Origin: a virus
Lineage: Duplodnaviria > Caudoviricetes
DNA length: 36,417 bases
Direction: 5' to 3' (one strand)
IMG/VR virus record: IMGVR_UViG_3300020045_003357
Location: 1 to 36,417 of that record
The notes beneath the pieces are model-generated. The model was not told the DNA's origin, did no database searches, and saw only the letters and a program-made list of their open reading frames with translations. Each line of letters begins with the position of its first letter. The stretch's first letter is position 1. Of this stretch, positions 1 through 6,248 are shown one piece after another. The translations under genes were made by a program, and so were the position numbers.

Positions 1-129
1 GAAGCCTATGACATAGCCGTCTCAGAAGCAGAACTAGCCACAGAAGCTATCCTGAGCATTCAGGACGAGAGATGCAGACGGTGGCGAGTGTTACATGTTA
101 TGGAGAGTGAACCAGATTGGCAACTATGA
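1..129 (+). CDS. 3' end of a hypothetical protein (partial, runs off the window start)
   Basis: Frame 1 is open from base 1 (EAYDIAVSEAELATEAILSIQDERCRRWRVLHVMESEPDWQL) to TGA at 127-129. Confidence 0.55.
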   Translation, partial: EAYDIAVSEAELATEAILSIQDERCRRWRVLHVMESEPDWQL

Positions 130-162
130 CCCTTAATAGGCCAGTATGTAAGGATTCCTGAC

Positions 163-255
163 CTACTTCCGACCGTACTTAGTGGGTATCTTCTTGCCAT
201 ACTTGGACAACTTATATTTAGCAATATCTTCAAAAAACAGTTCAAAATCTATCAT
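163..255 (-). CDS. Possible 30-aa micro-protein (MIDFELFFEDIAKYKLSKYGKKIPTKYGRK)
   Basis: Translated by hand; a minus-strand TATAAT lies at 284-279 upstream; no clear -35 or SD. Confidence 0.3.
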   Translation of the reverse strand: MIDFELFFEDIAKYKLSKYGKKIPTKYGRK

Positions 256-303
256 ATGTGTGGGCGAACCCAAGCACTATTATACAGCACTACAGAAATG
301 GTA

Positions 304-332
304 TTGACATAACAATGTGCATGGTGTATACT
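304..332 (+). promoter_or_regulatory. Sigma70-type promoter driving the ncRNA array / early operon
   Basis: TTGACA (304-309), 17-nt spacer, TATACT (327-332). Confidence 0.8.
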
Positions 333-367
333 GTTTTCAGTGGACAGGGCAAAAGCACCACACGAAA

Positions 368-380
368 TTTAACAACTTAG
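368..380 (+). promoter_or_regulatory. boxA-like antitermination motif
   Basis: TTTAACAACTTAG follows a GTGG/CCAC hairpin; it resembles the boxA core CTTTAACA and is 12/13 identical to the minus-strand motif at 2828-2816. Confidence 0.45.
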
Positions 381-387
381 ACAATAA

Positions 388-462
388 AGGCAAGGGGCGA
401 AAGACAGCGACCATCGGTCATGTTTGAACCAATAACAGCTATACTCGATTAGCCCCAAGCCT
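388..462 (+). ncRNA. Structured RNA cassette A (three-way junction on a long closing stem)
   Basis: AGGC-aa-GGGGC pairs with GCCCC-aa-GCCT; inner AGC/GCT closes hairpins GACC-atc-GGTC and TGTT-tgaaccaat-AACA. Confidence 0.55.
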
Positions 463-482
463 ATCTGTAACACTTATTAGGA

Positions 483-511
483 TTGATTTGTAACACTTAC
501 TGTAGTAATAT
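483..511 (+). promoter_or_regulatory. Internal promoter for a leaderless HNH mRNA
   Basis: TTGATT (483-488), 17 nt, TAATAT (506-511); ATG lies 6 nt downstream with no SD. Confidence 0.5.
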
Positions 512-517
512 ACTAGT

Positions 518-892
518 ATGGATACATTACCTATTGAGTACAATGACTGTTGGCTGTGGCGCGGTAGTTTAACTAGCAGTGGCTACGGCATCACAACTAG
601 AGAAGGTATAACACAAGTAGCACATAGATATGTGTATAGGTTGCTTGTGAGCGAGATACCAAACGGGCTTGAGCTTGACCATCTATGCAAAAACATACTG
701 TGCGTTAACCCTGAGCATCTTGAGCCAGTTACTAGGCAAGAGAATATGCGCAGAAGATACGCAAGCAACCTTTGTAAGAACGGACACAAACTAGAGGGCG
801 ATAACCTAAGAGTTGGCAAGGACTCAAGGCGATGCAAACAATGCAACAATGAGTACAAGCGCAAATATATGCAAATGTACCGCTGCAAATAA
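518..892 (+). CDS. HNH homing-type endonuclease with C-terminal Zn-ribbon
   Basis: CWLWRG..SGYG..AHRYVY..LDHLCKNILCVNPEHLEPVTRQEN motif; C-terminal CKNGH..RRCKQC. Confidence 0.9.
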   Translation: MDTLPIEYNDCWLWRGSLTSSGYGITTREGITQVAHRYVYRLLVSEIPNGLELDHLCKNILCVNPEHLEPVTRQENMRRRYASNLCKNGHKLEGDNLRVGKDSRRCKQCNNEYKRKYMQMYRCK

Positions 893-918
893 GTTCTGGC
901 AAGTGTTACAGAGAAATG

Positions 919-1001
919 TGCGCCGACACCTGTTCGTTAAAATCCTATGTAAGCCGCTCTCCAGAAGTAGCGTGTTAGTAATACGGATGGGCGTGGGCGC
1001 A
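919..1001 (+). ncRNA. Structured RNA cassette C (long irregular hairpin)
   Basis: TGCGCC/GGCGCA plus ACACCTGTTCGT (926-937) / ACGGATGGGCGT (983-994) with G-U pairs; inner CGCT/AGCG hairpin. Confidence 0.5.
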
Positions 1002-1006
1002 AATAG

Positions 1007-1140
1007 TAGAGCACATGGTGCTAGTGGAAAGTGGCGGAAAAGGTAAACGCTAAGTTCCGAAAAGGTAAGGAAAACAGAACTTGAAGCTGTATCCATGTAT
1101 AGTGCAAATCTATACCTTTCCACTAGCACCATGTGCTCTA
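1007..1140 (+). ncRNA. tRNA-like RNA lacking an anticodon, on a perfect 25-bp stem
   Basis: 1007-1031 is the exact reverse complement of 1116-1140; D-arm-like TGGCGGAAAAGGTAAACGC; T-arm GTATAG-TGCAAAT-CTATAC; AAGTTC/GAACTT arm with a 19-nt loop. Confidence 0.75.
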
Positions 1141-1263
1141 TATAAAAAAACAAGCCAATAAATTGCGGCAAAGAAAGGTGGTTAAATGAACTCATTGGCA
1201 GGTGTACAGCTCAGATATGAGCCGGTAAAGAAACATAAGTATAAAATAAGCAAGGAGAATAAG

Positions 1264-1464
1264 ATGGGCAACAAAACAGAAGTACCAACAGCAGAGACAC
1301 GCAAAGTATACGAGAAAACACGGGGCGAGCATTTTAAGGACATCATAATTGCGGTGCTTTTAACCTCAATCGTGGCGTTCATTGTTGGCGCACAGTACCA
1401 GAGCCGACACACCGCAGATATTACGCGGGCAGTCGCAGCAGTCGAGCAGCCAGCAAAAAAATAA
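1264..1464 (+). CDS. Small single-pass membrane protein (66 aa); N-terminal part of a frameshift fusion
   Basis: SD AAGGAG before ATG 1264; TM segment IIIAVLLTSIVAFIVGA; ends GCA AAA AAA TAA. Confidence 0.8.
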   Translation: MGNKTEVPTAETRKVYEKTRGEHFKDIIIAVLLTSIVAFIVGAQYQSRHTADITRAVAAVEQPAKK

Positions 1465-1494
1465 CAGCGGTGGCACAAGTCGCAGACACACCGC
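1455..1494 (+). promoter_or_regulatory. Candidate programmed -1 ribosomal frameshift signal
   Basis: A AAA AAA heptamer (1455-1461) in the correct phase, 5-nt spacer, GCGGTG/CACCGC stem (1467-1494); the -1 frame is open into the next ORF. Confidence 0.7.
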
Positions 1495-1763
1495 AGAAGC
1501 CAGCAGCGACACCGCATCGAGACTATGAGGGCGAAGCCAAGGCATATATTTACTTTAAGGAGTCAAGCAATAATCCGGCAGCCGTCAATTCGATTGGCTG
1601 CTATGGACTGGGGCAAGACTGCAACGACGTGCTCCGGCATGAGTGCCCGAATTGGCGCACAGACACCGAATGCCAGGACACCTTCTGGGATAAGTACGCT
1701 GCAAGGCGCTATGGTTCGTGGGTCAATGCGATGGCATTTTGGCAAGTAAATAAATGGTGGTAA
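1470..1763 (+). CDS. Apf C-terminal / lytic-transglycosylase-like (lysozyme-fold) domain, probably expressed as a -1 frameshift extension
   Basis: AKAYIYFKESSNNPAAVN..GCYGLGQ..YAARRYGSWVNAMAFWQVNKWW matches the aggregation-promoting-factor/SLT-like pattern with its ES motif; no SD before the GTG. Confidence 0.8.
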   Translation: MAQVADTPQKPAATPHRDYEGEAKAYIYFKESSNNPAAVNSIGCYGLGQDCNDVLRHECPNWRTDTECQDTFWDKYAARRYGSWVNAMAFWQVNKWW

Positions 1764-1774
1764 GAAAGGAATGT

Positions 1775-1915
1775 ATGACATTTGAACAGCAGCAAGAAGT
1801 CACAAGAATACTTGAGGCTTACAGGGCGAACCCTAGCAACAGCAACAAGTACAGGTTTGAGTTGTTTGCGTATATAGACGAATTACTTGTAGCTGTTGGG
1901 GAGAGCCTACTATGA
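1775..1915 (+). CDS. Hypothetical protein (46 aa)
   Basis: SD AAAGGA, ATG 1775; ATGA overlap with the next gene. Confidence 0.65.
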   Translation: MTFEQQQEVTRILEAYRANPSNSNKYRFELFAYIDELLVAVGESLL

Positions 1916-2163
1916 CAGTAACTAGAATATGGCTTGTGGCGCTCCTGGTGGCCGTAGGAGGCGTGTTTTATATAAATACGTCAATGCGTGCCATTGAGTT
2001 GGGAAGCCCTGTTTTAGAGCCTGTTGGATCGTTGCGCGTAGATAATGTGCGCATTGTTGGAGTCGATAGCTACCAAGGTTGCGAGGATAACACCGGCTAT
2101 AACCTACAACCAGCACAAGTCGGAAGCCTAGACTACAGACCATACACGATATTAAGTCGATGA
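1912..2163 (+). CDS. Hypothetical membrane/secreted protein
   Basis: N-terminal hydrophobic segment IWLVALLVAVGGVFYI; coupled start. Confidence 0.65.
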   Translation: MTVTRIWLVALLVAVGGVFYINTSMRAIELGSPVLEPVGSLRVDNVRIVGVDSYQGCEDNTGYNLQPAQVGSLDYRPYTILSR

Positions 2164-2176
2164 AAAAGAGTAAACA

Positions 2177-2287
2177 ATGGATGAAATAAATATAATCAAT
2201 GACCCAGCAGATGAGTTCAGTTATGTGTGTCCGAAGCATGGGAGAGTTGACGATAACCACGATATAGAGTATTGTTTGTCACTGTGA
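2177..2287 (+). CDS. Hypothetical 36-aa protein with a CPKHG motif
   Basis: Translated by hand: MDEINIINDPADEFSYVCPKHGRVDDNHDIEYCLSL; ends just before the terminator. Confidence 0.5.
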   Translation: MDEINIINDPADEFSYVCPKHGRVDDNHDIEYCLSL

Positions 2288-2310
2288 GGTTTGCAAGGTA
2301 AGTGTTTTAG

Positions 2311-2345
2311 AAAAAGCCCCGCGTCATTACGACCGGGGCTTTTTT
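2311..2345. terminator. Bidirectional intrinsic terminator
   Basis: AAAAAGCCCCG...CGGGGCTTTTTT with A and T tracts on both sides. Confidence 0.85.
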
Positions 2346-2831
2346 AGTATCTAATGCTATGCCAACCCATAGCTTTGTAAAACAATTATGCGGAGTATGT
2401 GTATTTGTAGATGCGCCAGAAACATAAGAGGATGTACTACTACTCTGATTGGCGAGTAATCATTATCATAATAACATGCACGTCAAATAACCCTCTAATT
2501 TTTGCTGTGGAAGCTCAAGGGAACCGTACATTTGCACTCTACCTGCATGAGATGGAGTGTTTTCTTTAGTTTGTGCCGGAGAATAAACGGTGAAGTCTAA
2601 GCGTAGTGGCAACATACTTTTATTTGTAAATGTGCTTGTCTTTGGTTCAGGTTGACAAGTACCTGTAGCATTATACATGCAGTGCAGAGGGCGTATAACT
2701 GCCATACGTCTAGCATTGTCCGTATTTAGGGCTGGAGTTCTAATTCAGCTTATAGTGGTACTTGTGGGCAGTTTCATCCCTTAGCGTCCACTCGTCAATA
2801 CGGTGACTATCCCTACTAACTTGTTAAACTC

Positions 2832-2861
2832 TTGACGTAAAAGTGTTGGTCGTGTTACTAT
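2832..2861 (+). promoter_or_regulatory. Promoter for antisense sRNA1
   Basis: TTGACG, 18 nt, extended -10 TGtTACTAT. Confidence 0.6.
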
Positions 2862-2867
2862 GTGAGT

Positions 2868-2912
2868 AACTACGAAGCAACGTCTGACCCACGAAACGGG
2901 TCTTTTTCTTTT
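2868..2912 (+). ncRNA. sRNA1: ~45-nt countertranscript with intrinsic terminator
   Basis: 5' AACTACGAAGCAA (repeated at 2929-2941), then GACCC-acgaaac-GGGTC-TTTTTCTTTT. Confidence 0.55.
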
Positions 2913-2953
2913 ACTGGCTATTTGCAACAACTACGAAGCAAATAGTTAGTCCT

Positions 2954-2981
2954 ATAGTAGCACAGAAACATTTGATTGCAA
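2954..2981 (-). promoter_or_regulatory. Leftward promoter for the long minus-strand RNA
   Basis: Minus strand reads TTGCAA, 16 nt, extended -10 TGcTACTAT. Confidence 0.55.
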
Positions 2982-2998
2982 GCATGGTATACTAAAAA

Positions 2999-3050
2999 AG
3001 CCTAATGCCTCCTAGCACTAAGGTAGCCGCTCCCCACCGGGCGGCTTTTT
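2999..3050 (+). ncRNA. sRNA2: ~50-nt RNA with an anti-Shine-Dalgarno motif and terminator
   Basis: Extended -10 TGgTATACT (2985-2993); ATGCCTCCT (3005-3013); terminator AGCCGCTC/GGGCGGCT-TTTT. Confidence 0.5.
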
Positions 3051-3063
3051 ATGTACATTGCTA

Positions 3064-3092
3064 TTGCATACATACAAACAGTGTGCTAGAAT
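3064..3092 (+). promoter_or_regulatory. Early promoter of the recombination operon
   Basis: TTGCAT, 17 nt, TGcTAGAAT; shares ATACAAACAGTGTGCTAG (18 nt) with the promoter at 6245. Confidence 0.75.
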
Positions 3093-3115
3093 TACTAGGT
3101 AACTAAGGAGGCACT

Positions 3116-3226
3116 ATGAGCATAAAAATAGTAGATATAAATAAAGCATATGGCTGGCAGTGGTCTTTGAACTGTCGCCATGCGGAGCTAATATCTCTTA
3201 TTGGCAGGAAGATTGAGGTCAAGTAA
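3116..3226 (+). CDS. Hypothetical 36-aa protein
   Basis: Strong SD TAAGGAGG; TAATG coupling to the Rad52-like gene. Confidence 0.7.
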   Translation: MSIKIVDINKAYGWQWSLNCRHAELISLIGRKIEVK

Positions 3227-3927
3227 TGGCAGAGAAGACACAGAGCGCTAAAGCGCTTCTAGAGCAACTGAAAAACCCATTTGACCCGAAGTTTGTTAAG
3301 TTCCGGGTCGGGGCTACAAACGAAGATAAAACGAAAGGGATTGCACTTGCCTACATTGATAGCCGAGAAGTAAAGAAACGGCTGGACGAAGTATGTGGTG
3401 TTGAGAACTGGCGCAATAGGCTTGTTCCGATAGTGGATGGGTTTATTAGCGAAATAGACATCCGTATTGGAAACGAGTGGTTGACTCGTTCAAACGCGGC
3501 TGGGTACACGAAGGTTGAAGCAATAAAAGGTGGCGCATCTGATTCGTTCAAGCGGGCTGCTGCTACTTGGGGCGTTGGCCACTACCTATACTATCTACCG
3601 AACACATGGGTAGCGATTAAACAGCAAGGTAAGTCATACGTGCTTACTGAGACTCCAGCACTCCCAAAGTGGGCGCTGCCGGGTGAAGTTGAAAACTGGG
3701 AAGACATTGCCGAGCTTGAAGCTGACGCAACATCTGGCGAGGATGACATGAACTTTACCGAGATTGTCGATAACCTCGATAAGATACGAAACTCTACAAG
3801 CCAAGAGGAACTTGACATGGTAGTAGAGGGTCTTTCTGCTAATGACCGAGTAACATATGTTAACCAAATTGCTATGAAACGGAAGGAGTTAGACCATGAG
3901 TCGAGGATTAACTCCGATAATAGTTGA
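3226..3927 (+). CDS. Rad52/Rad22-family single-strand annealing protein (Sak-like)
   Basis: LAYIDSREVKKRLDEVCGVENW..EAIKGGASDSFKRAAATWGVGHYLY. Confidence 0.9.
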   Translation: MAEKTQSAKALLEQLKNPFDPKFVKFRVGATNEDKTKGIALAYIDSREVKKRLDEVCGVENWRNRLVPIVDGFISEIDIRIGNEWLTRSNAAGYTKVEAIKGGASDSFKRAAATWGVGHYLYYLPNTWVAIKQQGKSYVLTETPALPKWALPGEVENWEDIAELEADATSGEDDMNFTEIVDNLDKIRNSTSQEELDMVVEGLSANDRVTYVNQIAMKRKELDHESRINSDNS

Positions 3928-4729
3928 CGAACCGCAGCGTTCAGAGGGCTGGTTCAAAGCCCGTAGAGGGCATCTAACTAGCTCAGACGTTAAGTTCATT
4001 TTCCTGTATAGTGTCCGTTCTCTTACCAAGGCTAAGATGGCAGAGGCAGACGCATACTACGAAAGTGCTGAGTTTCACCATAGCGCCGAAGTGCTTTCTA
4101 AATTGCGCGAAGAATACCCAATGGAATATGCGCTCCAGGCTGGTATTGAACTGGTAGAAAGCGAGAAGCGTATAAATCTACGCCGACGCATTGTTGCAGA
4201 ACGAATCTATAGAGTTTCAGTAGAAGAGGACAAGTATAAAACCCAGGCAATGCTGTGGGGAACAGTAGCAGAAGCCCCGGCACGCATGGAGTACGTCAAG
4301 CAAACTAGGAATATAGCCGAAGAATCAAAGATGGCGCTTCACCCAACACTAATGACCGGCTCATCCCGTGATAGCACCATTGTTGACAGGGAAACTGGCG
4401 AGATTGGCAATGGTGAGACTAAATGCCTTACGCCAGCAAGGCACATATATGACCTGATTCTTCCAGATGAAGTACCCGATGAGTTCACCGAGCAAATCCA
4501 ACATCAAATGTGGATATACGATACAGATTGGTGCGACTTTACCGGTTGGGATGGAAGACTGCCGCTAGACGCAAAGCCAATACTAACTTTAATCAAACGA
4601 GTGCCAAGAGACGAATTCTATATAGACTATGTTCTTGAGCCAGCAGTTATTCGCTTTTTGGATGAGTGCGATAGGGATGAACGTCGCTTTTGGGCAATAA
4701 TCCGGGAGAGGCAGAAGGCTATTGCATGA
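3896..4729 (+). CDS. YqaJ / lambda-exonuclease-family recombination nuclease
   Basis: QRSEGWFKARRGHLTSS, AMLWG..E..AR, D..ETKC, QIQHQMW..WCDF. Confidence 0.9.
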   Translation: MSRGLTPIIVDEPQRSEGWFKARRGHLTSSDVKFIFLYSVRSLTKAKMAEADAYYESAEFHHSAEVLSKLREEYPMEYALQAGIELVESEKRINLRRRIVAERIYRVSVEEDKYKTQAMLWGTVAEAPARMEYVKQTRNIAEESKMALHPTLMTGSSRDSTIVDRETGEIGNGETKCLTPARHIYDLILPDEVPDEFTEQIQHQMWIYDTDWCDFTGWDGRLPLDAKPILTLIKRVPRDEFYIDYVLEPAVIRFLDECDRDERRFWAIIRERQKAIA

Positions 4730-5097
4730 CAGACCAGCTAGAACCGAAGAACTACCAACTGCGCACGAATCAGCAAAACAAAGCGATGCATGTGCTGTTC
4801 CAGCTACTAGCAAACAGATTGAATGAAGCCGGGCTTGACATGCGAAAAACACTCAAGCCATCAGTGGAAATACCCTGGTCTAGCAATTCAGTGAAAGAGT
4901 ACCTATGGCGGCCTGTGATGAAAGCACAGCTCAATAAGCAATCTACCACTGAACTTACAACTGTCGAGATTGACGAGGTATTTGAAACATTGAACAGGCA
5001 CTTTGGAGAAAAGTTTGGCCTGCATGTTCCGTTCCCGTCTATAGAGCAACTAATAAGAGAATACGAAGCAAGGAGAGGCAATGTTAGCAACAACTAA
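4726..5097 (+). CDS. NinB/YbcN-like recombination-associated protein
   Basis: RTNQQNKAMH and STTELTTVE motifs; ATGA coupling at 4726. Confidence 0.55.
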   Translation: MTDQLEPKNYQLRTNQQNKAMHVLFQLLANRLNEAGLDMRKTLKPSVEIPWSSNSVKEYLWRPVMKAQLNKQSTTELTTVEIDEVFETLNRHFGEKFGLHVPFPSIEQLIREYEARRGNVSNN

Positions 5098-5299
5098 AAT
5101 ATCACAGACTACAAAAATACTACGCCTGCTTAAAGAGCAAGGCGAAGCAACAAACGTAGAGCTTAATCGTATCTGTTTCAGATACGGTGCCCGCATCTAT
5201 GAATTACGCCGCGAAGGGCATGAAATACTAACTGTTCGTGAGAGTGGTGGTATATTTAGGTTTATATACAAGGGGAATAATACAAGGACAACCGCATGA
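5081..5299 (+). CDS. Small winged-helix DNA-binding protein
   Basis: SQTTKILRLLKE..TNVEL..RYGARIYELRREGHEI pattern. Confidence 0.7.
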   Translation: MLATTKISQTTKILRLLKEQGEATNVELNRICFRYGARIYELRREGHEILTVRESGGIFRFIYKGNNTRTTA

Positions 5300-5511
5300 C
5301 ACCATCACAAAAAAGACGCGCTACGCTGCTACAGAGGCTAGGTTCTGAGGAAGCAGTCAAACAATACTACCGAGATATGCAAACGAAATCTCGTTTGACC
5401 TATGTTGAAAATGGGGCAAAGGGCGGCTTTAGGGGCGTGACCCATAAGAAACTTCTTGAGATTGCGAGTGCTGGCGGGAAGAAAAGCAGACCACCAAAAA
5501 AGCGAGGCTAG
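5296..5511 (+). CDS. Basic KGG-motif protein
   Basis: KGGF..LLEIASAGGKKS resembles the KGG repeat. Confidence 0.6.
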   Translation: MTPSQKRRATLLQRLGSEEAVKQYYRDMQTKSRLTYVENGAKGGFRGVTHKKLLEIASAGGKKSRPPKKRG

Positions 5512-5515
5512 CAAA

Positions 5516-5881
5516 ATGGCAAGAAAAATAGTAATCACTGGCAGCGTACCACCAAAAAAGAATTCACGACAATTATTTGTGAGAAACGGCAGGCTTATAA
5601 ACATACCGAGCAAGCGCTATGAGGAATGGGAAACAGCAGCCCTGTGGCAACTAAAAGGGCAAAAGCCCGTTGCAGAATACCCGATTGCTATGAATGTAAT
5701 ATTCACCGTCAAGGACAAACGCAGCAGAGACTTAGATAATATGCTTGCTTCTATAATGGACTGCCTACAAAAAGCCGGAATAATCATCAGTGATGATTGG
5801 CAGCACTGCTCCCCTATTACAATCGACTGCACCGGTGTTAGCAAAGAACCGAAATGCGAAATATACATAGATGAACCATAA
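5516..5881 (+). CDS. rusA: RusA-family Holliday junction resolvase
   Basis: VPPKKN..RDLDNMLASIMDCLQKAGII.SDD catalytic Asp pattern; start reassigned to ATG 5516. Confidence 0.85.
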   Translation: MARKIVITGSVPPKKNSRQLFVRNGRLINIPSKRYEEWETAALWQLKGQKPVAEYPIAMNVIFTVKDKRSRDLDNMLASIMDCLQKAGIIISDDWQHCSPITIDCTGVSKEPKCEIYIDEP

Positions 5882-6248
5882 GCCTTGCCCCGTCTGTGGA
5901 TCTATTTGGCATTCAAGAATGTACCACAACCCGCGTAAGCCACTACCAAGAGCAACAAAATCTATCCGCCACGAAGCAGTGAAAACTCACGACAAACGTA
6001 AGTCTACTGAGAGGGCATGGTTTGAGGCTAACCCGCCAGACTCGCAAGGCTATTGGTACTGCTACATATCTAAGCACCCGCTATGTCAAAAGATGCTTAC
6101 TCGTGAAACAATTACTCTTGAACATAATTTGAGCAAAGCTAGGCGGCCAGACCTAATATATGACATTACAAATCTGTTCCCGGCGTGTAGCTATGATAAT
6201 AAAGCAAAGGGCAGCTTGAGCGCCGAAGAGTACATGCAAAACCGTTGA
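5871..6248 (+). CDS. HNH-family nuclease (NinG-like position)
   Basis: CPVC; CYI..LEHNLSKARRPDL..NLFPACSYDNKAKG. Confidence 0.75.
   Translation: MNHKPCPVCGSIWHSRMYHNPRKPLPRATKSIRHEAVKTHDKRKSTERAWFEANPPDSQGYWYCYISKHPLCQKMLTRETITLEHNLSKARRPDLIYDITNLFPACSYDNKAKGSLSAEEYMQNR

Larger units (their letters stand above)
464..912 (+). repeat. 21-bp imperfect inverted repeat (464-484 / 892-912) bracketing the HNH gene
   Basis: TCTGTAACACTTaTTAGGATT vs AGTTCTGGcAAGTGTTACAGA: 12 perfect bp, one mismatch, then 8 bp including four G-U pairs; TGTAACACTTA is also directly repeated at 466 and 489. Confidence 0.8.
2345..2947 (-). ncRNA. Predicted ~600-nt structured minus-strand RNA (function unknown)
   Basis: Bounded by a minus-strand promoter (2981-2954) and the bidirectional terminator; boxA-like motif; multibranch domain closed by CCGTATT/AATACGG (2720-2803); H-type pseudoknot at 2635-2665; no convincing ORF. 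Confidence 0.5.

Noticed and set aside
813-1195. ORFs 813-1046 (+) and 824-1195 (-), and the 1186 upstream start
   Set aside because: They overlap strongly base-paired RNA elements and lack an SD; the real start is 1264 after AAGGAG
340-1225. Group I intron carrying the HNH gene
   Set aside because: No interrupted host gene, and I could not find the P7 / J6-7 / J8-7 core motifs by eye; a cmscan is needed to exclude it formally
2466-2705. 79-aa minus-strand ORF
   Set aside because: No SD, no recognisable motif, and it runs through hairpins and the pseudoknot; not fully excluded as a leader-controlled gene
2868-2941. Mini-CRISPR (two 13-nt repeats with a 48-nt spacer)
   Set aside because: The repeats are too short, the spacer contains a terminator, and there are no cas genes
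2345-2947. tmRNA, RNase P RNA or a self-cleaving ribozyme
   Set aside because: No tRNA-like ends with T-loop and CCA, no GAGGAAAGUCC, and no hammerhead CUGAnGA/GAAA core found by eye
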